The notes under the pieces: model-generated | Databases searched by the model: none | Told to the model about the DNA's origin: nothing | Seen by the model: the letters and a program-made list of their open reading frames with translations, nothing else | Part shown: positions 1-9,326 of the stretch, piece after piece | How the letters are laid out: every line of letters starts with the position of its first letter | How positions within the stretch are numbered: position 1 is the stretch's first letter | From: an uncultured Gammaproteobacteria bacterium | Lineage (GTDB): Bacteria; Pseudomonadota; Gammaproteobacteria; DSM-19610 | Length of the DNA: 50,350 nt | Reading direction: 5' to 3' | Assembly (NCBI GenBank): GCA_965603065.1 | Contig: CBFDBP010000001.1 | Location: forward strand, 1 to 50,350 | Program-made: the position numbers and the translations under genes

Positions 1-163
1 AGACAAGGTGAATCGCCGCCAGGCGAGACAAGGTGAATCGCCGCCAGGCGAGAGAGGGTGCCCTGGGGTACAAGGTGAATCGCCGCCAGGCGAGAAAGGG
101 TCCTCTGGAGGAGAAGGTCCCCTGGGGGAGAGGGTCCTCTGGAGGAGAGGGTGCCCTGGGGTG
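1..163. repeat. Composite tandem repeat array (25-bp and 17-bp units, each with a mini-hairpin); truncated by the window edge
   Basis: AGACAAGGTGAATCGCCGCCAGGCG at 1-25 and 26-50, with a 23-bp copy at 70-92. 17-mers GA(G/A)A(G/A)GGT(G/C)C(C/T)CTGG(G/A)G-like at 52-68, 94-110, 111-127, 128-144 and 145-161. Confidence 0.9.
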
Positions 164-195
164 CAGCAGCGTGTCCCGCAAGCTTACTAAGCCGA

Positions 196-309
196 ACATT
201 GGATAACCGACATACCTTGACGGGACCGTCGGCAGCAGGGACGCTGTCGTCGAGCGTACAGGGAGGTATTCACAGCGTGTCCCTTCAAGGTATGTCGGCT
301 ATCTAATGT
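196..309. repeat. Palindromic REP/MITE-like element, copy 1
   Basis: 25-bp inverted arms at 196-220 and 285-309 (23/25 complementary) enclose a 58-bp core (224-281) that matches the reverse complement of 22482-22539 at 55/58. Confidence 0.9.
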
Positions 310-357
310 ACTCATTAGTATGTCGGCTAACTTGCGTACGCATTGTCAACACGAAGG

Positions 358-363
358 TATAAT
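358..363 (+). promoter_or_regulatory. Possible sigma70 -10 element for the oxidoreductase operon
   Basis: Perfect TATAAT 11 nt before the ATG at 375. There is no well-spaced -35 and no clear RBS. Confidence 0.3.
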
Positions 364-374
364 AGCTGCTCGCT

Positions 375-671
375 ATGTTCAAACGACTCGACAGTTCTGC
401 TCAAAACAGCGTCAATGTCACCATAAATGGCCAGCCGGTGCAGGTGCCGGAGGGCGAGACTGTGGCGGCCGCTGTGCTTGTTCTTGATCTGCCATATACC
501 CGAACCACACCGGTATCCGGGGCTCCGCGGGCGCCTTTCTGCCTAATGGGGGTGTGTTTCGAATGCCTCATGGTTATCGACGGTAAAGCCAATCAGCGGG
601 CTTGCATGAAGCAGGTGAGAGAAGGCATGCGTATAGAATGTCAGCAGGGCGTGGGTGACTCGCCGCCATGA
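375..671 (+). CDS. (2Fe-2S)-binding subunit, HcnA/opine-oxidase/sarcosine-oxidase-alpha N-terminal type
   Basis: GETVAAA and FCLMGVCFEC...RAC Fer2_4 motif; overlaps the next gene (ATGA). Confidence 0.9.
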   Translation: MFKRLDSSAQNSVNVTINGQPVQVPEGETVAAAVLVLDLPYTRTTPVSGAPRAPFCLMGVCFECLMVIDGKANQRACMKQVREGMRIECQQGVGDSPP

Positions 672-2062
672 AACAGCACTACCAGCTGGCCGTCATCGGG
701 GCAGGGCCTGCAGGTCTGGCCGCTGCCACGGTGGCCGCGGAACAGGGTATTGAAGTCGCTGTAATTGACGAGCAGGTTGCTCCAGGTGGTCAGATCTACC
801 GGGCCATGGAATCAATTCCGCAGCATCGTGCCAGACAGTTGGGAGACGAATATCAGAGAGGGCGGGAACTGGTCAGCGCCTTCCGCGCCAGCAGTGCGAA
901 TTACTTTCCGGAAACCCAGGTGTGGTCGCTGAACGGGCGGCGCGAAATCGGCCTGCTTCAGCAGGGCCGGGCCAGCACGGTGACAGCCGATCAAGTGGTG
1001 ATCGCCAGCGGTGCCATGGAACGGCCCGTACCTTTTCCCGGTTGGACCCTTCCCGGCGTCATGAACGCCGGTGCCGGCCAGATCCTGTTCAAGGCTCACG
1101 GCATCGTTCCGGGGGACGGGGTGGTGCTGGCCGGTTCCGGTCCGCTGCTGCTTTTGCTGGCCTGGCAGTACCTGCATGCCGGTGTCGGCGTGAAAGCGTT
1201 GCTGGACGTAACGCCGATGATGAATCATCTCTACGCACTGCCAGGATTGCCACGCGCTTTGTTGGCGGGACACTACATTACCAAGGGCATGCGCTACAAA
1301 CGCGACCTGAAACGTGCCGGTATCAGCACGCTGCATAACGTCAGAAGTCTGCGGGCGCAGGGTGAGGATAGCTTGCAAGCTGTCAGCTTTCTTCATAGCG
1401 GCCGTGAACAGAGCCTGGAAACCGCTGTGCTGCTGGTGCATTTCGGCGTCATTCCGCATACGCAGCTGGGCCGCGTTGCCGGTTGCAGGCACGTCTGGGA
1501 CGACAGTCAGCTGTGCTGGCGGCCGCATCTGGATGGTTGGGGCAGAACCAGCGTAGACGGTATTCTCGTCGCCGGTGACGGCGGCGGTATCGGGGGAGCG
1601 CGTACTGCCGAACACGCCGGCCGTGTGGCGGCTTTTCAGGCCCTGTATGCACTTGGCGTGCTGGACAGGACAACACGACAACGACTGGCCCGCAACGACC
1701 GCAAATGGATGCGGGAAGAGTCGCATATCCGGCCCTTCCTCGAGGCCTTTTTCCGCATTTCCGATGACATGCTGCAGGTAGTGGACGATGATACCCTGGT
1801 GTGTCGCTGCGAGGAGGTGAGCGCGGGTCAGATCCGGGCCGCAGTCGCTGACGGTCACCGCGACACCAACCAGGTCAAGTTTCTTACCCGTTGTGGCATG
1901 GGGCCGTGCCAGGGTCGGCAGTGCGGTGAAGCGGTCAGCCACATCGTCGCTGTTGCCAGCGGACAAGCGATTCAGGACATCGGCCACTATCGGGAGCGAC
2001 CACCGGTCAACCCGTTGACACTGGGACAACTGGCCGGTCTGCATTCGGAGGAGTCCGGGTGA
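668..2062 (+). CDS. FAD/NAD(P)-dependent oxidoreductase with C-terminal BFD-like [2Fe-2S] domain (OoxA/HcnB family)
   Basis: GAGPAG, ERPVPFPGWTLPGV, CRCEEV and RCGMGPCQGRQC motifs. Confidence 0.9.
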   Translation: MKQHYQLAVIGAGPAGLAAATVAAEQGIEVAVIDEQVAPGGQIYRAMESIPQHRARQLGDEYQRGRELVSAFRASSANYFPETQVWSLNGRREIGLLQQGRASTVTADQVVIASGAMERPVPFPGWTLPGVMNAGAGQILFKAHGIVPGDGVVLAGSGPLLLLLAWQYLHAGVGVKALLDVTPMMNHLYALPGLPRALLAGHYITKGMRYKRDLKRAGISTLHNVRSLRAQGEDSLQAVSFLHSGREQSLETAVLLVHFGVIPHTQLGRVAGCRHVWDDSQLCWRPHLDGWGRTSVDGILVAGDGGGIGGARTAEHAGRVAAFQALYALGVLDRTTRQRLARNDRKWMREESHIRPFLEAFFRISDDMLQVVDDDTLVCRCEEVSAGQIRAAVADGHRDTNQVKFLTRCGMGPCQGRQCGEAVSHIVAVASGQAIQDIGHYRERPPVNPLTLGQLAGLHSEESG

Positions 2063-3162
2063 AAGCCGATGTACTGATTGTCGGCGGCGGTCTGATGGGC
2101 TTCTCCACGGCCCTGCATCTGGCCATGCGCGATACGCGCTGCATCGTGCTGGACAAAGACAGTCCCGGCCGTCATGCCTCCGGCGTGAATGCCGGGGGCC
2201 TGCGTCAACTCAATCGCCACCCGGCGGAGATTGCCCTGTCCGTGGTCGCCGCCGGGATGTGGCGACACATCCGTGAGTTGGTGGGCTCGGACTGCGATAC
2301 CCGTTTCCCGGGTCAGGTGAGGGTGGCAGAGAATGAAACCGATTTGCAGAGCCTGGAAAAACGCGCTGCTCTGACACGCTCACTGGGTTACCAGCACGAG
2401 GAGATGATCGGCCCTGACGAACTCTATCGTCTGGTTCCTGCACTGGCGCCACATTGTACCGGAGCGCTGATCTGTCGGAGCGACGGTTACGGGCGTCCTT
2501 TCCATGCGCTGGATGCCTTTCGCCGCAAGGCTTGTTCTCTGGGCGTGCACTATCAGGCAGGCACCCGGGTGGATGCCGTGCTACAGGATGGTGATGAATG
2601 GGCTGTCAGTACGCTGCAGGGTGAATTTCGTGCACCGGTACTGGTCAATTGTGCGGGTGCCTGGGCAAACCATATTGCCACTATGCTCGGCGAGCCTGTA
2701 CCGCTGAAGCCGGGCGCACCCATGATGATGGTCACCGAACGGCTGCCTCACTTCATCGATCCAGTGCTGGGTGCCGCCGGGCACAAGCTGTCTTTCAAAC
2801 AGATGCAGAACGGTACGCTGTTGATCGGTGGCGCGCACATGGCAGAACTCGACTTGTTACAGGAACGTACGGAAATAAACTGGCACAAGCTTGCACTCAG
2901 TGCCCGCAGTGTCATGACGCTTTTCCCGCAATTGAAGGATGTACGCATCGTTCGTACCTGGGCAGGCCTGGAGGCGTTCATGCCTGATAATATCCCGGTT
3001 ATTGGTGCCAGCGTAACAGCATCCAGCGCTTATCACGCCTTCGGCTTTTCCGCTCACGGTTTTCAATTGTCACCTGTTGTGGGGCGAATACTGTCCCAGC
3101 TGATACTGGACGGAACAAGCGAACTGCCGATCGAGCCTTTCCGTATCGATCGGTTTACTTAG
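2059..3162 (+). CDS. FAD-dependent D-amino-acid-oxidase family subunit (OoxB/HcnC family)
   Basis: VGGGLMG, ASGVNAG, NCAGAWA and GFSAHGF motifs; GTG start overlaps the upstream stop. Confidence 0.9.
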   Translation: MKADVLIVGGGLMGFSTALHLAMRDTRCIVLDKDSPGRHASGVNAGGLRQLNRHPAEIALSVVAAGMWRHIRELVGSDCDTRFPGQVRVAENETDLQSLEKRAALTRSLGYQHEEMIGPDELYRLVPALAPHCTGALICRSDGYGRPFHALDAFRRKACSLGVHYQAGTRVDAVLQDGDEWAVSTLQGEFRAPVLVNCAGAWANHIATMLGEPVPLKPGAPMMMVTERLPHFIDPVLGAAGHKLSFKQMQNGTLLIGGAHMAELDLLQERTEINWHKLALSARSVMTLFPQLKDVRIVRTWAGLEAFMPDNIPVIGASVTASSAYHAFGFSAHGFQLSPVVGRILSQLILDGTSELPIEPFRIDRFT

Positions 3163-3866
3163 GCCGGTGTGCCTGAACAGTTGCGAAGTTCTTCGCTAAT
3201 CGATTTTATTGGCTGTTGGGAGCTGTCGAGCCAGGTCAGAAGGTTCTCCCATGTGTCGGTATCTTTCCGCGCATCCAGTTCCGACAGTTCGTGTATGCCA
3301 ACACCCCGTTCAACGGCACTGACATAGTGCTGGGTGTCGCGTATTCGTCCAATCACGGGGATATCCAGATCCTGAAGAAAGTATGCCAGTTTATCTGCCG
3401 CCCTGGTATGGGCGCGGGTCCGGTTGGCAATGATACCCAGGCGTTTGTTAAGGGTGCGGGCTTTGCAGATCAGCAGCAGGTCATGAATAAAATCAGCGGT
3501 GCAATGGATATCAATCGAGGAGGGTAATATCGGAATGAGTATGACATCGGCTTCGGCGACACGGTCCTCGACATCGATGGCCGAGTAGCCCGCAGGGGTG
3601 TCTGCAATGACGTATTGTGTTCCCGCAGGAAGCGCCATTTGCCAGGCACGCGTGACCCCCTCTTTCGGCGGCTCAAAGGCGGCCACACCGTGGATAAAAG
3701 GAAGACTGTCTTGCCGGACATTCAGCCATCGGGTGCTGGAGGCCTGTCTGTCGTAATCAAACAGTGCCGTCGCGCAGCCCTGTGCGGCACAGTAGCTGGC
3801 GAGGTTGGTAGCAACCGTGGTCTTCCCACAGCCACCTTTGGTATTCATTATCGCAATACGCAGCAC
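3159..3866 (-). CDS. Orphan ParA-family ATPase
   Basis: Deviant Walker A KGGCGKTT, DYDRQAS and DTPAG; no parB nearby. Confidence 0.9.
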   Translation of the reverse strand: MLRIAIMNTKGGCGKTTVATNLASYCAAQGCATALFDYDRQASSTRWLNVRQDSLPFIHGVAAFEPPKEGVTRAWQMALPAGTQYVIADTPAGYSAIDVEDRVAEADVILIPILPSSIDIHCTADFIHDLLLICKARTLNKRLGIIANRTRAHTRAADKLAYFLQDLDIPVIGRIRDTQHYVSAVERGVGIHELSELDARKDTDTWENLLTWLDSSQQPIKSISEELRNCSGTPA

Positions 3867-3989
3867 AACAGGTTGGTCCCTTATACCCGGATAAGTCAGA
3901 AGCGAAGTCGTGGGATTCTAACACGAACCCAAGTATCTTTGAGAAATGGATGAAAGGGTTTACCTGGAACAGTCGGCAGGCATCATAAC

Positions 3990-4469
3990 ATGCTGATCCT
4001 CAAGCTTTTGGCTCTGTTAATGCTGGCGAATGGCACACCGGTGATAGCCAGGAATGGCTTCGGTGGGCGGTTCGCCTGGCCACTTGATGGGGGTATAAAA
4101 GCTTTTGACGGTCAGCCGTTGTTCGGATCGTCGAAAACAGTTCGCGGCGTCGTCCTGTCGGTGCTGGTAACAGGCGCGGGTGGCGCATTGATGGGCTTGG
4201 GCTGGAAAGCGGGGGTTGTTATCGGAACCGTTTCGATGCTGGGCGACCTGTTTTCCAGCTTCCTCAAACGACGTATGAAGCTGCCACCCAGCAGCAGGGC
4301 ACTGGGTCTTGATCAGGTGCCGGAATCTCTGTTTCCGTTGCTGGCCTGCCAGGGTCTGCTGGGACTGACCGTTACCGAGATTGTCACGGTGGTGGCGATT
4401 TTTTTTGCCGGTGATGTGGTTTTCTCGCCGCTGTTCTATAAATGGAAGATCCGCAAGCGCCCCTATTAA
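3990..4469 (+). CDS. CDP-archaeol synthase (CarS/DUF46)-like membrane cytidylyltransferase
   Basis: ANGTPV, PLDGG..FDG.PLFGSSKTVRG, GDLFSSFLKRR and GLDQ motifs; hydrophobic. Confidence 0.85.
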   Translation: MLILKLLALLMLANGTPVIARNGFGGRFAWPLDGGIKAFDGQPLFGSSKTVRGVVLSVLVTGAGGALMGLGWKAGVVIGTVSMLGDLFSSFLKRRMKLPPSSRALGLDQVPESLFPLLACQGLLGLTVTEIVTVVAIFFAGDVVFSPLFYKWKIRKRPY

Positions 4470-4470
4470 A

Positions 4471-5448
4471 TCAGGTTGCGTGAAGCGTGTGCAGGGTGAT
4501 TTCCGGCAGGCAGTTGAATCGTACCGAAACGATGGAAGAGCCGACCCCAGCTGATGTGTAGCCGATCATATTATGGTATTGCCAGGCGCCCGATCCCATA
4601 TGTCTGGGCAGTACTGAATCCAGCGTGAGAGGGATACTGCCGGGCAGGCAGATCTGTCCCCCGTGAGTATGTCCGCCCAACAGCAGGTTGAAATCAGCGT
4701 GCGCGGCCTGGCGATAGATCTCCGGCGTGTGTGAAAGAAGAATCGAGAAGTCATTATGGTCTATGCCTGCAGCTGCTTTCTCGATGTTGTCTACACGATA
4801 ATAGTGAGCATCATCGATGCCGACTACATGGATACGCTCGTTATCGCGCTCAATGCACACTGACTCGTTGAGCAACATTAGTATTCCCATTTCCTCCAGT
4901 CCGGGCACCATTCGAATGGTATCGTGGTTGCCCAGCACACCGTAAACCGGATCCTTGAGATGAGTCTTTACACTCGCCATACCCTCGAGGGTGTCTTCGA
5001 AAGGGCCGACGGTACTACCCCTGTAGTCGCCGGTGAGGACGCAGATGTCGTAATCGATTTCGTGCAGCAGTTCGATCAGCCGGTGCATGGCGCCCTGACT
5101 CATGTCCACATGCATGTCACTGATGTGCAGTATGGTGAATCCGTCGAATGCCGATGGAAGACCTTCCGATTCTATAGGGTTGAGCCGGGTCTGTACGCGC
5201 TTGGTGTTGTTGTGTCCACGCCAGTACAGTCCCATCAGTTTCAGAGTGTTTCTGATATAGGAATGACACGAAGACCAGTTTTCAATGTGAAAAAAGTTGG
5301 TGCCCTGGCCGAATATACGTGCCTCGTAATCAGCCTCGATGCCGAGACGCTGTTTTGCGTACAAGCGCCCGAGACGCTTCTCCAGATTTTCAGTAATGTC
5401 TTTGCCCATCCGTGCCTGTATTCTGATCGGGCTGGCATTTTGTTTCAT
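4471..5448 (-). CDS. Calcineurin-like metallophosphoesterase (YkuE/YaeI-like); start may be at 5409
   Basis: SDMH, TGDY, GNHD, SHTP and GHTHGGQ motifs. Confidence 0.9.
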   Translation of the reverse strand: MKQNASPIRIQARMGKDITENLEKRLGRLYAKQRLGIEADYEARIFGQGTNFFHIENWSSCHSYIRNTLKLMGLYWRGHNNTKRVQTRLNPIESEGLPSAFDGFTILHISDMHVDMSQGAMHRLIELLHEIDYDICVLTGDYRGSTVGPFEDTLEGMASVKTHLKDPVYGVLGNHDTIRMVPGLEEMGILMLLNESVCIERDNERIHVVGIDDAHYYRVDNIEKAAAGIDHNDFSILLSHTPEIYRQAAHADFNLLLGGHTHGGQICLPGSIPLTLDSVLPRHMGSGAWQYHNMIGYTSAGVGSSIVSVRFNCLPEITLHTLHAT

Positions 5449-5768
5449 GCTCGGGTAATTGCCCGGAACCGGAAATCAAGGTTTTCAATGCCGCCTCAAT
5501 GTTGAGGTCTCAAGCGAAAGCCTGATAATGGGCCGCTTGAGGCTGATAAGGTCAGGTGTACGGTGCCGCGCATTGTTGAAAAGGTCAAGTCCCTGCCATT
5601 GCTTTTGGCTGTCAGTGTTACGGTTTCTTAGCCGGTTTATCGGCCTGCCGGTCTCTACAGTACTCCGCCCGGGGGCTGATACCGAGCCGGTACTATGCGT
5701 TGATGCGCAGGCCGCTTGGCAATTTGCGCTGATAACAGTCTGAGCTGTTTGTCGATGGAGAGGTAAAG

Positions 5769-6635
5769 ATGGGTTATCCTGACAAGGCCACTTTCCGCGT
5801 TTTTCCGGTATTTGCTCTCACCAGCTGGCTTTTTGTGGTTTCCGGCGGCGTTTTCGCGCAGGCCCATGATGCGACCCGTGTATGGGTGCTGGACCAGTTG
5901 CACGAGGCCTTGTCGTCACCCGGAGACCTGAGCCGGATTTCATCCATGCTTTACGGGCTGGTCAGCGACCGCAAGGCGGCGGAACAGCCCGCTACCCGCA
6001 AAGCACTTGCTGAACTCGAAACGTTTTTGCGTGCTGTCGACCAGCGGACACTCGGCTGCAGAGATCTGGTAAATCTGCGCTTGATTGCCAGTTTTCTGGA
6101 CATGGCCGGACTGGTGTTCGATGCCGGTCCGCTGGACGAACAGCTGTATGAATGCCTGGGCGACATGAACGCCGTCGACAGAGCGTGCGCACTGTTTTCC
6201 CTGTGTCGCTTTCCTTCAGTCAATGTGCCCCGGGAAAAACTTTCGCCGGCCGTGAAATCCATCGAGGACCTGCAGCAGGCGGACGGCAGTTTTGGTTCGT
6301 CCTACGGGCTGCAGCGCTATTATTTCACCACCCATGCCGTGTTTGCACTTCATGCCTGCAACGGGAGTGCGGATGCGGTGCGGCGAGGACAGGATTATTT
6401 GCGCAACGGACTGCCACTCATAACACAGGCAGGATTTCTGGACGGTCTTCTGGAAAGTCTCGTTATGCTCCGGAAAATGGGTGTGGAGATACCCAACGAA
6501 CGACGTTATACCGACTATCTGCGATCGAGAATCAAGGACAATGGAAGTATATGCTTTTTTGACCGACCCGCCTGTCGATCCGATGTGCACGCCACCAGCC
6601 TGTTGCTGGAATTTCTCCGGGTTTTTAGCGATTAG
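5769..6635 (+). CDS. Exported hypothetical protein with prenyltransferase/squalene-cyclase-type (QW-like) helical repeats
   Basis: GAGG RBS; signal-peptide-like N-terminus ending VFAQA; LQQADGSFG...TTHAVFAL and RIKDNGSI...ATSLLL repeats. Confidence 0.65.
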   Translation: MGYPDKATFRVFPVFALTSWLFVVSGGVFAQAHDATRVWVLDQLHEALSSPGDLSRISSMLYGLVSDRKAAEQPATRKALAELETFLRAVDQRTLGCRDLVNLRLIASFLDMAGLVFDAGPLDEQLYECLGDMNAVDRACALFSLCRFPSVNVPREKLSPAVKSIEDLQQADGSFGSSYGLQRYYFTTHAVFALHACNGSADAVRRGQDYLRNGLPLITQAGFLDGLLESLVMLRKMGVEIPNERRYTDYLRSRIKDNGSICFFDRPACRSDVHATSLLLEFLRVFSD

Positions 6636-6829
6636 CTTTGTCGCAGGGGTAATGAGCGGTACAATCTGATTGTTGCCTGACTGCACGCGGATCTTAAACC
6701 GCCGTGGACTCTGGTGTCTGCGCTGGAATTTCGTGGCGTCGAGAACCACAGTGAGTGTATTACCATGAAAACCGGAAAACCAGTTGCCTCATTGTCTGTC
6801 ACACCTGTTAGTGAAATGACGGAAGCGGC

Positions 6830-8347
6830 ATGAAACCCAGACCAGTCCTGCTCGCCATATTTGACGGCTTCGGACTCAATCCCAGCCGTGCACACAATGC
6901 CTGGGCGTTGGCACACACACCGCATCTCGATCACTATTTCGCGTCCTGGCCGCATACCGCCTTGCAGGCCTCTGGCCGCGCTGTCGGCCTGCCGGACGGA
7001 CAGTTCGGTAACTCCGAGGTTGGTCACCTGACGCTGGGATCGGGCCGGGTGCTGGAACAGGACCTGACCCGCATTGCCGATGCACTCTACGACGGGTCGC
7101 TGAAAGCGAACCCCATCTGGCATGACATGCTCAAGGACAACCGGCGCCTCCATCTGGTGGGCATGGTTTCCGATGGTGGCGTCCACTCCCACATAGAACA
7201 TCTGTTCGGCATCCTTGACCTGCTGCGCAAGACAGACATTGAACCTGTCGTGCACATGATCACCGATGGGCGCGATACTGCGCCGAAGGCCGCACACAAG
7301 TATCTCATCATGCTTGAGAAATTCCTGCACAAGCTGGGCAAGGGATCCATCGCTACGGTCAGCGGCCGTTACTGTGCCATGGACAGGGCCAAACACTGGG
7401 ACCGTACCCAGCGCGCCTGGAATGCCCTGGTACGGGCCAGAGGGGAGATGGCACGTACGCCAGCTGAGGCCATCGAGTCGGCCTATGCGCGCGGTGAAGG
7501 CGATGAATTCATCCTGCCTACGGTTATTAGCGGGCACATCGGTATGGCTGCGGACGAGCCGGTGCTGTTCTTTAACTTCCGCAGTGACCGTGCGCGCCAA
7601 CTGTCGGCGGCGCTGGGATTGGCCGGCTTCGATGCATTCGATCGGGAGGGTATCGTCATGCAGCGCCTGGTCTGCATGACCGAATACAACACCACTTACC
7701 CCTTTCCTGTGCTGTTCTCGCCCCAGGTCCCCGAACAGGTGCTGGCTGAGTTGATCAGCGCTGCCGATCTCAAGCAACTGCATTGTAGTGAGACTGAAAA
7801 ATATCCGCACGTCACTTATTTTTTCAATGGCGGACGTGAACAGCCCTATCCCGGTGAAGAGCGGATCATTGTGCCGTCACCCAATGTGGCTACCTATGAC
7901 ATGCAGCCGGAGATGAGTGCATCGGGGATCGTCGACCAGCTGATCGATGCTATTGAAAGTGACCGGCATACCTTCATTGTCACCAACTTCGCCAATACCG
8001 ACATGGTCGGGCACACGGCACGCCGTGAGGCGGTCATCCGTGCTGTAGAGGCACTGGATGTCGAGAGTCACCGTCTGTTTCGCGTAGCGCTGGAGCATGG
8101 ATGGCGCGTGCTGCTGACGGCGGACCATGGCAATTGCGATGAGTTGATCAATCCCAATACCGGGGAGCCCCATACCCAGCACACCGAATACCCGGTGCCG
8201 TTCCTGATCATGGGCGAGGGTCCGGTGCGACTCGGGATAGGCCGTGGCCTGGCAGATATTGCACCCACTGTGCTGGACTTGCTCGGTCTGCCGCAACCGC
8301 CGGTGATGACAGGGCGGAGTTTGATCCTCAAGCAGGCCCTGAGATGA
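6830..8347 (+). CDS. gpmI: 2,3-bisphosphoglycerate-independent phosphoglycerate mutase
   Basis: GQFGNSEVGH, SDGGVHSH, DGRD, NFRSDR, ETEKYPHVTYFFNGG, DMVGHT and TADHGN. Confidence 0.95.
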   Translation: MKPRPVLLAIFDGFGLNPSRAHNAWALAHTPHLDHYFASWPHTALQASGRAVGLPDGQFGNSEVGHLTLGSGRVLEQDLTRIADALYDGSLKANPIWHDMLKDNRRLHLVGMVSDGGVHSHIEHLFGILDLLRKTDIEPVVHMITDGRDTAPKAAHKYLIMLEKFLHKLGKGSIATVSGRYCAMDRAKHWDRTQRAWNALVRARGEMARTPAEAIESAYARGEGDEFILPTVISGHIGMAADEPVLFFNFRSDRARQLSAALGLAGFDAFDREGIVMQRLVCMTEYNTTYPFPVLFSPQVPEQVLAELISAADLKQLHCSETEKYPHVTYFFNGGREQPYPGEERIIVPSPNVATYDMQPEMSASGIVDQLIDAIESDRHTFIVTNFANTDMVGHTARREAVIRAVEALDVESHRLFRVALEHGWRVLLTADHGNCDELINPNTGEPHTQHTEYPVPFLIMGEGPVRLGIGRGLADIAPTVLDLLGLPQPPVMTGRSLILKQALR

Positions 8348-8360
8348 AATCGAGGTTAGC

Positions 8361-9317
8361 ATGACAAACCCCCACAGCAACTCTGTTGCCGTACTCGCCC
8401 TCAACCCCGCAGTGGATATCGGCTACGAGTTACCGCAATTGATCGCCGACCGTAAAGTACAGGCGGACACGACCGCCTATCACCCGGGGGGCAACGGCAT
8501 CAACGTCGCTCTCGCGCTCACCAAACTGGCGGTACCGATTCATTGCTGCAGCGCCATTGGCGGTGAGAGTGGTGACTTGTTGTTACGTCTGCTGGGGGAC
8601 GCGCTGGGCAGCAACCACAAGATTTTTCGTGTCGAGGGTGAGACCCGCCTCAATGCCACCTTGCTGCAGAAGTCTCCGCCGAGCCAATACGAAGTTGCCA
8701 GCCAGGGGCCGGAGATTCCAGCCAAGGTGCTGAATGAACTGGACGAGTGCTTTTTGGCCTACTGTGCAAGCGGTTACGGCGTCCTGACTGGCTCAATCCC
8801 GCCTGGCGTGCCCGATGACCATTACCGTCGCCTGGTCGGGCGTATTCAGGCGCAGGGGGGGAGAGCCGTGGTAGACGCCCATGGCGACCTGTTGCAGCAG
8901 GCCATCGAAGCGGAGCCGTACCTGGTGAGGGTGAACAACTACGTACTTGAAATGACCACCGGGCAACGCCTGGATGACATCGAGGCTGTTGCAAATGCTG
9001 CTCGTGAACTGCAGCAGCGAGGCATCGGCAAGCTTTGTATTTCTCTTGGCGCCCGCGGTGCTATCCTGCTCGATGGTACTGACAGCTACCACTGTACAGC
9101 GCCCCGGGTAAGAGTCCTGTCCACCGTCGGTTGCGGTGACGCCTTGCTGGCCGGGCTGCTCGCCGCTGATCTGCGTGGCGAAGACCTGCCGGCGATGCTT
9201 AGCCTCGGGGTGATCTGCGGCAGTGCCACAGCCGCCCACCCGGGTACCCTGCTGTTTACCCCCGAGGAAGTTGAACAGTCAGGCTATGAACTGGAATTGA
9301 CTGCGCTGCATATTTAG
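8361..9317 (+). CDS. 1-phosphofructokinase-family hexose kinase (PfkB)
   Basis: LNPAVD, GGNGINVA, GSIPPG, ISLGARGA and STVGCGDA. Confidence 0.9.
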   Translation: MTNPHSNSVAVLALNPAVDIGYELPQLIADRKVQADTTAYHPGGNGINVALALTKLAVPIHCCSAIGGESGDLLLRLLGDALGSNHKIFRVEGETRLNATLLQKSPPSQYEVASQGPEIPAKVLNELDECFLAYCASGYGVLTGSIPPGVPDDHYRRLVGRIQAQGGRAVVDAHGDLLQQAIEAEPYLVRVNNYVLEMTTGQRLDDIEAVANAARELQQRGIGKLCISLGARGAILLDGTDSYHCTAPRVRVLSTVGCGDALLAGLLAADLRGEDLPAMLSLGVICGSATAAHPGTLLFTPEEVEQSGYELELTALHI

Positions 9318-9326
9318 TTCCGGCTG

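Noticed and set aside
1-163. CRISPR array
   Set aside because: The repeats are directly adjacent or separated by other repeats. There are no unique spacers and no cas genes.
8-190. 60-aa collagen-like ORF (GER-GCP-GVQ, GEK-GSS-GGE-GPL)
   Set aside because: The Gly periodicity arises from G-rich 25- and 17-bp repeats whose lengths are not multiples of 3, and the pattern breaks with each frame shift.
812-2044. 410-aa antisense ORF
   Set aside because: Shadow of the well-supported oxidoreductase, with no motifs.
5459-5743. 94-aa ORF and CTGATAA repeats in the divergent intergenic region
   Set aside because: No RBS or recognisable motif. The 7-mers are too short to call a binding site, and the TTGAA-N3-GTCAA there has the wrong spacing for FNR.
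6632-7810. 392-aa antisense ORF
   Set aside because: Shadow of gpmI, typical of GC-rich codon bias.
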